In this document: one piece after another, positions 1 to 8,768 of the stretch
Position numbering within the stretch: the first letter of the stretch is position 1
Layout of the letters: each line of letters starts with the position of its first letter
Source: Clostridiales bacterium
Lineage (GTDB): Bacteria; Bacillota; Clostridia; Oscillospirales; CAG-272
Length of the DNA stretch: 64,000 nucleotides
Reading direction: 5' to 3'
Assembly: GCA_012727435.1 (NCBI GenBank)
Contig: JAAYHB010000011.1
Coordinates: 3,010 to 67,009 of the forward strand
Notes under the pieces: model-generated
Told to the model about the DNA's origin: nothing
The model's input: only the letters and a program-made list of their open reading frames with translations
The model's database searches: none
Position numbers and translations under genes: made by a program

Positions 1-1175
1 GTATTCAGTGAAGTGCAATTATGAAAAGCTCTGCTTCCTATCGACCGTATCGTGTCGGGTAAGGTCACTGAAACAAGATCGGTATTGCTGAATGCAAAGG
101 TTTCAATTTTCGTTACATTTTTGCCTTCGATTTGCGCTGGGATTTCGAGCGAGGTATTTTTGCCGGTATAGCCTATAATAGCGATGCTGCCATCCGGGTT
201 TTCAATATACTCAAAACCGTTGTGCGTCTTGTGGTTGTCTTCCTCAGTTCCGATTATTTTTGTCTTATATCCGTTCCAGAGAGGAGTGGTAAATCCCTTA
301 GCGTCTTTGTTAAAATAAACAGTAAATTTTACGTTGGGGGGTGGAGGAAAACCTTCATTGATAAACTTATCTGGAGCATCACCCTCAAAGATAACCCTGG
401 TTAAATTTTTGCATCCGGCGAACACGTCTTCTATAATGCTTTTTACAGATTTCGGAATAATAATTTCCTTTATTTTTGTATCGGCAAACGCTGCATATTC
501 AATGGTAGTTAAGCCTTCGTTAAGGGTTATATTTTCCAAATCATAACACTTTTCAAAAGCAAAAGATTCAATTACGCGTACACTGCTCGGCAAAACCACT
601 TCTTTTATCTTTGTTCCTTTAAAAGCGGCACCCGGGATGGTTTCGACACCTTCTTCAAAGAAAATCACCTCAAGCCCCGAGTTGGCAAACGCTGCATTAT
701 CATACGTGCAATTTGCCTTAATTGTGATTTGTTTTAGTGATGTGCAACCAAGAAAAGCATTCATGCCGACATATGTCAAGGAATCCGGCAGATTTATTTC
801 GGAGAGCAGAGAACATTCAAGAAAAGCCTCGTGCCCTATTTTTGTAATGGTATCGGGTAATGTGTTACCGAGCGTATTTTATCTCTTTTATAATAAAAGC
901 CTTGACTAAGAATTTCCGTTACAACCTTTCCGTCTATTTCCGAAGGTACGACAACATCGCTGTCGTCGCCAACATAACCTATCCAAAGGGTACCGTCCTC
1001 TTTTTCTTCATAGTAAAAATCCTCCGGCGGATTTGCCTTGTTTCTTTTCTGATGTAACTGTTTGGGTGTCAGTGAAAGTAGAGGTCTCGTCGGTATTACT
1101 ATTTGAATTTTTGCACCCGCCAAGAACCGTTAACAGTATGGCTGTAATGAAGATCAAAGCAGATGTTCTTTTCAT
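1..1175 (-). pseudogene. BspA-type leucine-rich-repeat (LRR_5) lipoprotein, interrupted by two frameshifts; runs off the window edge
   Basis: ATG at 1175 with AGGAG RBS gives MKRTSALIFITAILLTVLGGC (lipobox). The frame shifts near 1040-1060 into ORF 836..1123 (YVGDDSDVVVPSEIDG) and near 861-866 back to the original frame, which reads LPDTITKIGHEAF...LPDSLTYVGMNAF...LPDTIRSIGSRAFHNCTSL. Confidence 0.85.
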
Positions 1176-1293
1176 ATGTACTCCTGTTTTTAATTCATAT
1201 GTACTCCTATTTTTTGATATATTGCATTATACACCATATCATGGATTCTGTCAATGATCTCGATTTTTTTTTGATTTTGATTGCACCCGGCAT

Positions 1294-1321
1294 AAAAAAG
1301 AGCAACCCGAAGGTTGCTCTT
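1294..1321 (-). terminator. Intrinsic terminator
   Basis: Hairpin AGAGCAACC-CGAA-GGTTGCTCT with an A-tract on its left, which is the U-tract on the minus strand. Confidence 0.75.
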
Positions 1322-1402
1322 GATAATTAAAGTGCAACATTGTCAATAGTATATACAAATCTATTATGCAAACTTAGCGATAATAGCACCGGTATAAATC
1401 CT

Positions 1403-1489
1403 TCATAGTCGCTCCGTCTGTTTTTTTATCTGCGCATAAATCTGTTCATAAATAGGCAGATTGCTTGCGTTACTTATGATAATATTCAA
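1403..1489 (-). pseudogene. Truncated YtrA-subfamily GntR regulator (N-terminal 28 aa only)
   Basis: TTG start after a GGGGGG RBS translates to MNIIISNASNLPIYEQIYAQIKKQTERL*, matching the characteristic YtrA/GntR N-terminus (I.I...S..PIYEQI..QIK). The HTH is absent. Confidence 0.7.
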
Positions 1490-1512
1490 AACAACCCCCC
1501 GTTTGTTCAAAT

Positions 1513-1537
1513 ACTGTATATAAACAGTATATACAGT
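1513..1537. promoter_or_regulatory. YtrA-type operator palindrome
   Basis: Perfect inverted repeat ACTGTATATA-N5-TATATACAGT, i.e. ACTGTA-N13-TACAGT, directly upstream of the GntR relic. Same geometry as the B. subtilis YtrA site AGTGTA-N13-TACACT. Confidence 0.65.
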
Positions 1538-1824
1538 GTACACGGAAACATGTAAATTGTCAATACAGAAAACATTTTAAAACATAATTGACCGAATCTT
1601 GCCGTGTATAGCCTGGCATAGCTCTGCGGGTAGTCGAGAGGTGTCATACAAAAGGCGATATGAGGTCAATATCGCCAAGTATATGTTTTAGTGGCAAAAC
1701 AATTTTATCTTGCAAACAATCATAAGCTGTATTATAATAATACTGTCATAGTACCGGGAACCTATAACATCAAGGATGCAAAAATAATTATTAATAATAA
1801 ATTATTATTTCAGGAGGTTGACCC

Positions 1825-2769
1825 ATGCGAAAATTTACATTATTCCTTCTTGTTATCGTGATGCTGCTTGCCGTCTCGGCTTGCAACAATGGTGGTTCAG
1901 AAGACACGACGACAAGCGCCCCTGAGACAACCACCGACGCTTCCGGCACGACCAAGGCTCCCGAAACGACCAAAGCCCAGTCTTCCGACACGACCACTAA
2001 ACCCCCGGAGGGAACAACTACGCCCGAGACAACCGCGCCTTCTGTCCAATATGGCGAGAACGAGTACGGAACCCTTCCCGATTCCGAACTGGTGGCCTAT
2101 AAAGTCCTGCTTCCCGCTCAGCTTCCCGACGGGTCGCCTATCGAGAATTTCGTGCGTCCTATGTGCCTTGACGAGACATTTGATTCCGATGGGGTCGGCG
2201 AGCATTACATGATTTCGGGCAACTCGTCGCCTCAGGCAAAGTTTGTCACCATCCAGGAAGGTGCGCTCTACGGCACGGCCCTCAATATCAGCGCCTACGG
2301 CCAGAGCGTCGATAAACGGGCTGAGGTCGAAGTTATGCCGCTCGATCCTGTCTCGCCGGTGGGCGCGAAAGGTGTTCTGTTCTGGGTTGATTTCTCCAAT
2401 ACCGACATTCAGACCGACACATCAAAGGCGTATAAATACTGCGCCTCGGTTACCTTCAACAAAAACGACTTCAGAGCCAACAAGGATAACAACGGCTCCA
2501 TAGGTTACTATTATCAGAACGGCAAGTGGGTTGAGACAAAGAACATCAACGCCTGCCGCATGGAGCTTCCCGATCAGTTCATGGGTTGGGTCTACATCCC
2601 CGCTACCTCTTATATAAGAACCAGCGACAAATCCTCCATCGCTGATGATGAGGGCAGATTCACCGACTTTGCCTTAATCACCAATATGCGCCTCTACACA
2701 GACGGCTATGTTTACACCGATTCGCCTGACAAGTACATTATCTTTGATGAGATTTTGTTCGTATACTGA
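1825..2769 (+). CDS. Lipoprotein of unknown function with Thr/Pro-rich linker
   Basis: AGGAGG RBS; lipobox LAVSAC; PETTT repeats followed by an unassigned globular domain. Confidence 0.85.
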   Translation: MRKFTLFLLVIVMLLAVSACNNGGSEDTTTSAPETTTDASGTTKAPETTKAQSSDTTTKPPEGTTTPETTAPSVQYGENEYGTLPDSELVAYKVLLPAQLPDGSPIENFVRPMCLDETFDSDGVGEHYMISGNSSPQAKFVTIQEGALYGTALNISAYGQSVDKRAEVEVMPLDPVSPVGAKGVLFWVDFSNTDIQTDTSKAYKYCASVTFNKNDFRANKDNNGSIGYYYQNGKWVETKNINACRMELPDQFMGWVYIPATSYIRTSDKSSIADDEGRFTDFALITNMRLYTDGYVYTDSPDKYIIFDEILFVY

Positions 2770-2786
2770 TTAACCGACAATAAAGC

Positions 2787-2821
2787 GCCTCCGGGCCTCA
2801 TGCGAAGCCCGGAGGCTTTTG
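2787..2821 (+). terminator. Intrinsic terminator between convergent genes
   Basis: GCCTCCGGGC-N10-GCCCGGAGGC followed by TTTT. Confidence 0.8.
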
Positions 2822-2907
2822 TCAGCTGGCATAATTTTGATTTGAGCGGAAAGGGAAGCGCAAAACTATAATAAGAAATCAAAAATCTTTTTTCTTTGGC
2901 CGCGCTA

Positions 2908-4455
2908 TCAGAAGCTCATGTTTTTCATGAACAGCTCGGAGAAGCGCGGCAGGGTGTTGAGGTCGAGAACCTCGCTGTGCCGGGCTATATCAGAGATTTC
3001 GTCAACCGCCGCACTGTCGCACAGGCAGGCCTCGGCGCCGGCCAGCGAAGTATTGCCGACAACGCAGAACTTTTCAGGATCAGTATCCGGCAGAAGGCCG
3101 GTGCGCCTGGCGCTTGTGGTATTCAGATAATAACCCAGCCCGCCGGCGATGTAGATTTTTTCGATATCGTCAGTACTGACCCCTGCATGCTCAAGAAGGG
3201 CAGAAAATCCCGAGAATATCGCGCTTTTTGCAAGCTGAAACTCCCGCACATCGCGCTGAGTAAGCCCGATGTGCGGTATTTTATCAAATTGCAGCAGGCG
3301 GCCATTTGATTCGCTCACATGCCGGCCCCGCGCTTCTGGTGTGCCGCAGAGCGAAAAGTCGCCGTCCTCCATATATCCGGTCTCATCAATTGTGCCGGTA
3401 TCAAGCAGTGCCGCCACAAGGTCAACCAGCCCGCTGCCGCAGATGCCAACCGGGGGCAGGTCCCCTATGGTGCTGTAGGTGAGAATCCCGGGGAAATCTT
3501 TTAAGAGGTTGACACGGCTCACGCCACCGGGTATCCCGCCGGTACCGCAGGAGATATTGGCGCCCTCAAGCGCCGGCCCCGCCGCGGCAGAGGCCGCAAT
3601 AAGCCTCATACCCCCTGCTCTGCCGGTGAAGAGGACAATTTCGCCGTTCGTGCCGATGTCCATGAGCACCGAAGGCCGGCTGTGACGTGTCATCCGTGAG
3701 ACATATACCCCGCCGGTGATGTCGCTCCCGATGTATGCCGAAGCCGAGGGGAGCAGAATCACCCGCTCAACCGGCAACCCTAAAGAGGCGCCGTCATAAT
3801 CGCGCCGCTCCGTAAAGACCGGGGTGAAGGGATAGGTCCCGATACCTTCGGGCGAAATACCGCAGAATATATGTAGCATTGTGGTATTGCCGGCGACGCA
3901 AAGACAATCAGGTCTGGCATCCGGATATGCGGAACCGAAATCGCGGATAATTTCTGCGGCCTTCTCGCGCACAAGGCGGCAAAGTTTGTCGAGTCCCCCC
4001 TCCTTGCAGGCCACAATGCGGCTTATGACATCGGCGCCATAGCTGCGCTGAGGGTTAAGACACGACCGGGTTGCGAGAACCTCCCCGGTTGCCCGGTTGA
4101 CCAGCGAGGCGGCCAGCGTGGTGGTGCCGATATCAAGCGCGACACTATAGCCCGCCTCCTTGCCTGCTGCCTGCCTTGCGGCGTGAGTTGTCAGTCCGCT
4201 GCCGCCGTTGTCGGGTAGTGAAATTTCAGCGCCGGCCGGGGTACACACTGCCCGGCAGGCCAGTATCTGCCCGTGCCCGTCGGGCGGGTATTCACTTCCG
4301 TCATAATACAGAAATCTCCCGCTTTTTACATTCACCCGGCATTTGCCGCAGGTCCCCCGCCCGCCGCAGTCGGCGGGAATTTCATAGCCCTGCAAGGTCA
4401 GCCAGTCAATCAGCCTTTTCCCCGCGGCTCCGGGCGGAATATGTATATTTGCCAT
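2908..4455 (-). CDS. ASKHA-family reductive activator of corrinoid proteins (RACo/RamA-like, DUF4445) with N-terminal 2Fe-2S domain
   Basis: CGGRGTCGKC...LAC ferredoxin motif; ALDIGTTT, MDIGTNGE, GICGSG, AGGLG motifs. Confidence 0.9.
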   Translation of the reverse strand: MANIHIPPGAAGKRLIDWLTLQGYEIPADCGGRGTCGKCRVNVKSGRFLYYDGSEYPPDGHGQILACRAVCTPAGAEISLPDNGGSGLTTHAARQAAGKEAGYSVALDIGTTTLAASLVNRATGEVLATRSCLNPQRSYGADVISRIVACKEGGLDKLCRLVREKAAEIIRDFGSAYPDARPDCLCVAGNTTMLHIFCGISPEGIGTYPFTPVFTERRDYDGASLGLPVERVILLPSASAYIGSDITGGVYVSRMTRHSRPSVLMDIGTNGEIVLFTGRAGGMRLIAASAAAGPALEGANISCGTGGIPGGVSRVNLLKDFPGILTYSTIGDLPPVGICGSGLVDLVAALLDTGTIDETGYMEDGDFSLCGTPEARGRHVSESNGRLLQFDKIPHIGLTQRDVREFQLAKSAIFSGFSALLEHAGVSTDDIEKIYIAGGLGYYLNTTSARRTGLLPDTDPEKFCVVGNTSLAGAEACLCDSAAVDEISDIARHSEVLDLNTLPRFSELFMKNMSF

Positions 4456-4493
4456 TGTTCATCCTAAAGCGCCTGCAAAAAACTGCAGCACGT

Positions 4494-5618
4494 TTATATT
4501 TTTATCTTTTTGATTTCTTCGGCGTAATACTGGACAAGCTCGAATTTGGTGCCCGGCATCAGCCTGTGGTCGGGGCAGGGAATGAAACCGCCGAGGGCTA
4601 CAAGCCGCTTTAACCGCTCGATCTCGGCGTCAACCGCCGCCTTGTCGGTGCAGAGCGCCACCTTGTTCATCCCGCCGACCCCGAGCATTCCCGGACCGTA
4701 TTTTTTACGCGCCGCCTCGAACTGGTCGCCCCAGACTCCGACCTCTATCGGAAACATGATATTGACTCCGTTCTCAAACCATATGGGGAGCAGTTTATCC
4801 ACTACCCCGTCACAGTCAAGCGATATCAAATCAATACCGTATCGTCTGAGCAGGTCGTTGAAGCGCTTGTAGTGCTTTCCGCAGAGCTTGTTGAAAATCT
4901 CCGGAGAAATAAGCGGGCCGCCTTTATAGCAGACATCCTCCCAATAGTGCGCGAAATCAAATTTCGCGCCGGTTTTCAGCACCTCCTCAAGGCACTTGTA
5001 CTGCATGTCAGCATATGTGTCCACGATATCGGCCAATAGGTCCTCGTCCTCGTCGTAAATCAGGTAGCTGAGCCCAACAAGAGAGGTCATGTTCCGAATC
5101 GTTCCTAAAATGCTGCCCGCCGAGATGCCTACCGGCACGTCAAGCTTTTCGTACACTTTCTCGTTGAAGGTACGGAAAAAATCATAATTTACCCGCTCGG
5201 GGAAAAACTGCATTCTGGGTTTATACAGTTCTTCAAAGGCTTTTCGGTCTTTGAGCAGATAGTCGTCTTCAGCCGGGATCGAGACCACCCCGGGGCGCAC
5301 CTTTTCAATGACGCCGTAGCTGTTCTGAATACGCTTGGTGCCGTCGGGCAGCACCTCGATAACCTTCTGCTCGAACTCCGGGTAAAGATGCTTTGAGGCG
5401 CCGTATGTGTGCGACCAGTTGTAGTCCCAGCCGATGATCTTGTCAAGCTCTCTGTCATAGGCGTTGCTGTCCCGCACCTTTTGGGCCAGTTCCTGTGAAA
5501 TTTTTCCCTGAGCCGCCCATTCGTACAGCAACTCGCGCCAGTATCCGAAATGAACAGCAGGCAGCCGGTCGGCCGGTTTGTAGTGCAGGATATTCAGAGT
5601 TCTTTCCCGGTTTGTCAT
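4494..5618 (-). CDS. Uroporphyrinogen decarboxylase/MtaA-fold methyltransferase family protein
   Basis: WEDVCYKGGPLISPE, DCDG, GGMNK, GGFIPCPDH motifs; located in a corrinoid cluster. Confidence 0.8.
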   Translation of the reverse strand: MTNRERTLNILHYKPADRLPAVHFGYWRELLYEWAAQGKISQELAQKVRDSNAYDRELDKIIGWDYNWSHTYGASKHLYPEFEQKVIEVLPDGTKRIQNSYGVIEKVRPGVVSIPAEDDYLLKDRKAFEELYKPRMQFFPERVNYDFFRTFNEKVYEKLDVPVGISAGSILGTIRNMTSLVGLSYLIYDEDEDLLADIVDTYADMQYKCLEEVLKTGAKFDFAHYWEDVCYKGGPLISPEIFNKLCGKHYKRFNDLLRRYGIDLISLDCDGVVDKLLPIWFENGVNIMFPIEVGVWGDQFEAARKKYGPGMLGVGGMNKVALCTDKAAVDAEIERLKRLVALGGFIPCPDHRLMPGTKFELVQYYAEEIKKIKI

Positions 5619-6673
5619 ATTTTTTCCCTCCGGTTTTCAGAAAATACGGGACAGGGGGCGATTTCGGTGTCTTTGTGTGTTACAAGCTCCGCATATTCTC
5701 TCAACAGTTTTACATATGTGAAGTAGTTTTCAATGGACACGTCGGGCGGCGTCTGGTGGTCGCAGGACGGGATAAATTTGCCCCGGTGCATGCTGGGCAG
5801 AAGCCGCTCGAACTCAGCCCGCATGGCAGCCTCGCCGTGCTTCATGCACATCTTGTCAAAATGGCCGAGAAAGGCCATTTGCGGCTGCTTGTCAAGGTAA
5901 ACCGAAACATCCACGCCGGCCCGCCTTTCAAGCGGGAACATCCCGTCAGCCCCTACCGAGGCATACCAGTCGAGGGCCAGCGTGATATCCCCGTCCGAGT
6001 CTATGAATACCGGCACGCCGTATTCGTGTATCACCGGTATCACCTTTTTGTAAAAGGGCGCTAAAAATTCGTCAAAAAGCTGCTTTGATATCATAGGCCC
6101 GTTGTTGTAGCTCATGTCCTCGGCAAAGCTCATAAAGTCAAACTGGAATCTCGGTAAAAGATACCGAAAGAGCTCGATAAGCCAGTCGGCATACTCATTG
6201 CAGATTCGACGGTAGAGATCGGGATAGTCATAAAAGCTGTAGAGGTGGTTCTCTATCCCGAAAAGCACACGGGGATACCAGAAGGCGCCCTCCACAGTCA
6301 GAAAATGCAGGGTTTTTCCGTCCTCATGCTGCCGGTGCAGCAGTTCAATACGCTCCTCGGTGACAACAGTCCCGACATCCGGAAAGAGCGTCGGGAGGAT
6401 TTTTTCATAATCGTGCTCGTCGGTTATAATGCCGGCCCCGCGCGCCGGCTCTTTAGGCGTGTTTTTTGTCCGGTTTTTCACCGAGAGCTGCAGGCACCTG
6501 TCAAGCCCGAAATACTCCTGCAGCGAACCGACCGTGGCGGCGGCATTTTTCGGCAGACCTTCACTGAGCCAGCGCTCAACAGTCAGTTTCCACCACGGCG
6601 CCCATTCGATAACCGGCAACCGGTCTACCGGCTTACCTGAGAGCAGATTTCTGAATCTTTCCGAGGCTTTCAT
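5615..6673 (-). CDS. Uroporphyrinogen decarboxylase/MtaA-fold methyltransferase family protein
   Basis: AEDMSYNNGPMIS, IDSDGD, GHFDK, FIPSCDHQTPP motifs; stop overlaps the next start (ATGA). Confidence 0.8.
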   Translation of the reverse strand: MKASERFRNLLSGKPVDRLPVIEWAPWWKLTVERWLSEGLPKNAAATVGSLQEYFGLDRCLQLSVKNRTKNTPKEPARGAGIITDEHDYEKILPTLFPDVGTVVTEERIELLHRQHEDGKTLHFLTVEGAFWYPRVLFGIENHLYSFYDYPDLYRRICNEYADWLIELFRYLLPRFQFDFMSFAEDMSYNNGPMISKQLFDEFLAPFYKKVIPVIHEYGVPVFIDSDGDITLALDWYASVGADGMFPLERRAGVDVSVYLDKQPQMAFLGHFDKMCMKHGEAAMRAEFERLLPSMHRGKFIPSCDHQTPPDVSIENYFTYVKLLREYAELVTHKDTEIAPCPVFSENRREKI

Positions 6674-6691
6674 TACATTCCTCTTGTCAAT

Positions 6692-7696
6692 TTATTTATT
6701 GTAAAAGTCGCGTGCGGCGCTGAAAAACGCCTCGATATTCTCCCACGGGAACCTCGGAGGTATGTCGCAGCCCGACGAGAGCACAAAATTCGGGTACTTC
6801 GAGCAGCGCTCGAGCAGCTCGGTTGTTGCCTTGTATATGCTCTCAGGTGTGCCGCTGAGAAACTGTTCCGTCGGAGATATATTTCCCAGCACCAGTTTAT
6901 CAGGCGGCATTTTACTGAGAATATCCTCAAGATTAATGGCATCCCCGAAGTGGTAGGCCACAGCGCCGTTGGTGCTGAGAGATTCGGTCATGTAAGGGGT
7001 ATTTTGCCCGCAGTTATGATAGAACACGCAGAAACTACTGTCAGAGACGGCCTCAATTATTTTCTTTACATAGGGCGCTGAAAACTCGCGCTCAAGCTCG
7101 GGAGACAGCAAACCGGCCAGCGGCTCGGCCATGAGTATGCCTATTGCTCCGGTAGACTTATAGGTTTTGGCGTACTTAATCAGAAATTCGGTGGTCTTCT
7201 CAAGCACTGCGATGACAAAATCGGGGTCGACAAGGCAGTTTGCCAGTGCTTCGGATACGTCCATGAGCCGCCCGGCCAGCGAGAAGGGGCCTATAATCCC
7301 GGCCAGCACCGGCCGGTCTTTGATGAGTCGGCAGGCCAGCCTTGCCGCCTCAATATAAAGCCCGGTTCTCCCTTCACCTACCTCGGGAACTCTGAGCGCT
7401 TTTGCCTCCTCCCCGTCGCTGATTAGCCTGCCGACAACCGTCGGGATTTCGTTCTCCGAGGCTTTTATCCTGCAGCCGAAGGCCTCAGCCTCAACCGACA
7501 GGTCCATCATTGATAGAGATACAGCCGACTTTACTCTGTCGGCTACTGCCTTCATACCCTTTGCCTGCAATTCGGAGCTGTGTGTAAGCTCATATACAGA
7601 CACTCCCAAAAGCTCAACCGTAGGGAAAGACAATATTGGTAAGGGTTTGCCGCTCTTCGGCAATCCTGCAAGCCAGTCTCCAAGGTTTATATTCAT
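6692..7696 (-). CDS. MtaA/CmuA-family methylcobamide methyltransferase
   Basis: DLSVEAEAFGC, GPFSLAG, Zn ligands HNC and SSGCDIPP. Start set at MNINLG (7696). Confidence 0.85.
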   Translation of the reverse strand: MNINLGDWLAGLPKSGKPLPILSFPTVELLGVSVYELTHSSELQAKGMKAVADRVKSAVSLSMMDLSVEAEAFGCRIKASENEIPTVVGRLISDGEEAKALRVPEVGEGRTGLYIEAARLACRLIKDRPVLAGIIGPFSLAGRLMDVSEALANCLVDPDFVIAVLEKTTEFLIKYAKTYKSTGAIGILMAEPLAGLLSPELEREFSAPYVKKIIEAVSDSSFCVFYHNCGQNTPYMTESLSTNGAVAYHFGDAINLEDILSKMPPDKLVLGNISPTEQFLSGTPESIYKATTELLERCSKYPNFVLSSGCDIPPRFPWENIEAFFSAARDFYNK

Positions 7697-7801
7697 AATT
7701 TCTTTCACTCAAATGTTTTATTCTGCAGACTCACTCTGCCCCGGCGAGGCGGCGAAAGCTCTTTTAGGTCATGCCGATGATTTTTTGAGACCCCGGCAAC
7801 T

Positions 7802-8437
7802 TCATTCCTCGAAGAAGGCGCGGGCCGCTATTGCGGCAGAGGCGGCGTCAGGCGCGTAGCAGTCGGCACCTATTTCGTCGGCAAACTGCTGGGTTATCGG
7901 TGCGCCGCCGACCATCACCTTGACCCGGTCGCGCAGTCCTGCGGCGACCAGCGCGTCAATTATCTCCTTCTGTCCCGTCATTGTCGTGGTAAGCAGGGCC
8001 GAGAGGCAGACCAGCTTTGCCCCGGTCTCGCGCACGGCACAAACCACCTGCTCGGGTCCGACGTCAACACCGAGGTCAATGCACTCGATTCCCTGTCCCT
8101 CAATCATCATCTTCACAAGGTTTTTGCCGATATCGTGCATGTCGCCCTTGACCGTGCAGATAATGGCCTTGCCGAGCGGTTTTACCCCGCTTGAGATGAG
8201 CGCCGGGCGCAGAATTTTAAGCCCCGCGTTCATTGCGCGGGCCGCAACAAGCACCTCGGGCACAAAAACCTCGTTTCGGCGGAACTTCTCGCCTACTTCG
8301 TTCATGCCGGCAATCAGCCCTTGATTCAGAATGTCAGCCGGAGAATAGTTTTCGGCCAATGCCTGTTCGACGAGCACGGATACCTCTTTGGCCCGTCCGC
8401 GCTGAAGTTTTTCGGAGATCTCATTTAAGATGCTCAT
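7802..8437 (-). CDS. Corrinoid (B12-binding) protein of a methyltransferase system
   Basis: N-terminal B12-binding helical cap; GDMHDIGKNLV, SALLTTT, VGGAP motifs. Confidence 0.93.
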   Translation of the reverse strand: MSILNEISEKLQRGRAKEVSVLVEQALAENYSPADILNQGLIAGMNEVGEKFRRNEVFVPEVLVAARAMNAGLKILRPALISSGVKPLGKAIICTVKGDMHDIGKNLVKMMIEGQGIECIDLGVDVGPEQVVCAVRETGAKLVCLSALLTTTMTGQKEIIDALVAAGLRDRVKVMVGGAPITQQFADEIGADCYAPDAASAAIAARAFFEE

Positions 8438-8613
8438 TGTCAGCTCTCCTCGCTATTGGATTTATACCTAATTATACCACACCGCTTTAGCAATATCAAT
8501 GCTTATTCGGATTGTAGCAGCCTAATTTGCAATATTTCACGGCAGGTGATATAAAGTTTGTTTTCCGAAAACGATTGAGGATTCTCAAGAGATTATATTT
8601 TCTGATAAACAAG

Positions 8614-8648
8614 AATGCACGCCTTTGTCGGGTTTTTGGGCGTGCATT
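8614..8648 (-). terminator. Probable terminator downstream of the Gfo/Idh/MocA gene
   Basis: AATGCACGCC ... GGCGTGCATT inverted repeat. Confidence 0.5.
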
Positions 8649-8768
8649 ATGTTGTACGTTCTGTTTTTCATTATCGTCCGGTCGCCTGGGTTGCGATGTA
8701 TCTTATGGGAGCTGTTTATGTATTGACGGCTGTGACTATATAGTTTACTCCGTACAAATTGTTCTGCA

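Noticed and set aside
1654-1676. GGCGATAT-N7-ATATCGCC inverted repeat
   Set aside because: The stem is only 8 bp and there is no assignable regulator or second copy, so it is too weak to call.
8438-8768. Cobalamin riboswitch upstream of the corrinoid operon
   Set aside because: No recognisable B12-box or conserved core on either strand; only a simple hairpin and promoter-like AT-rich sequence.
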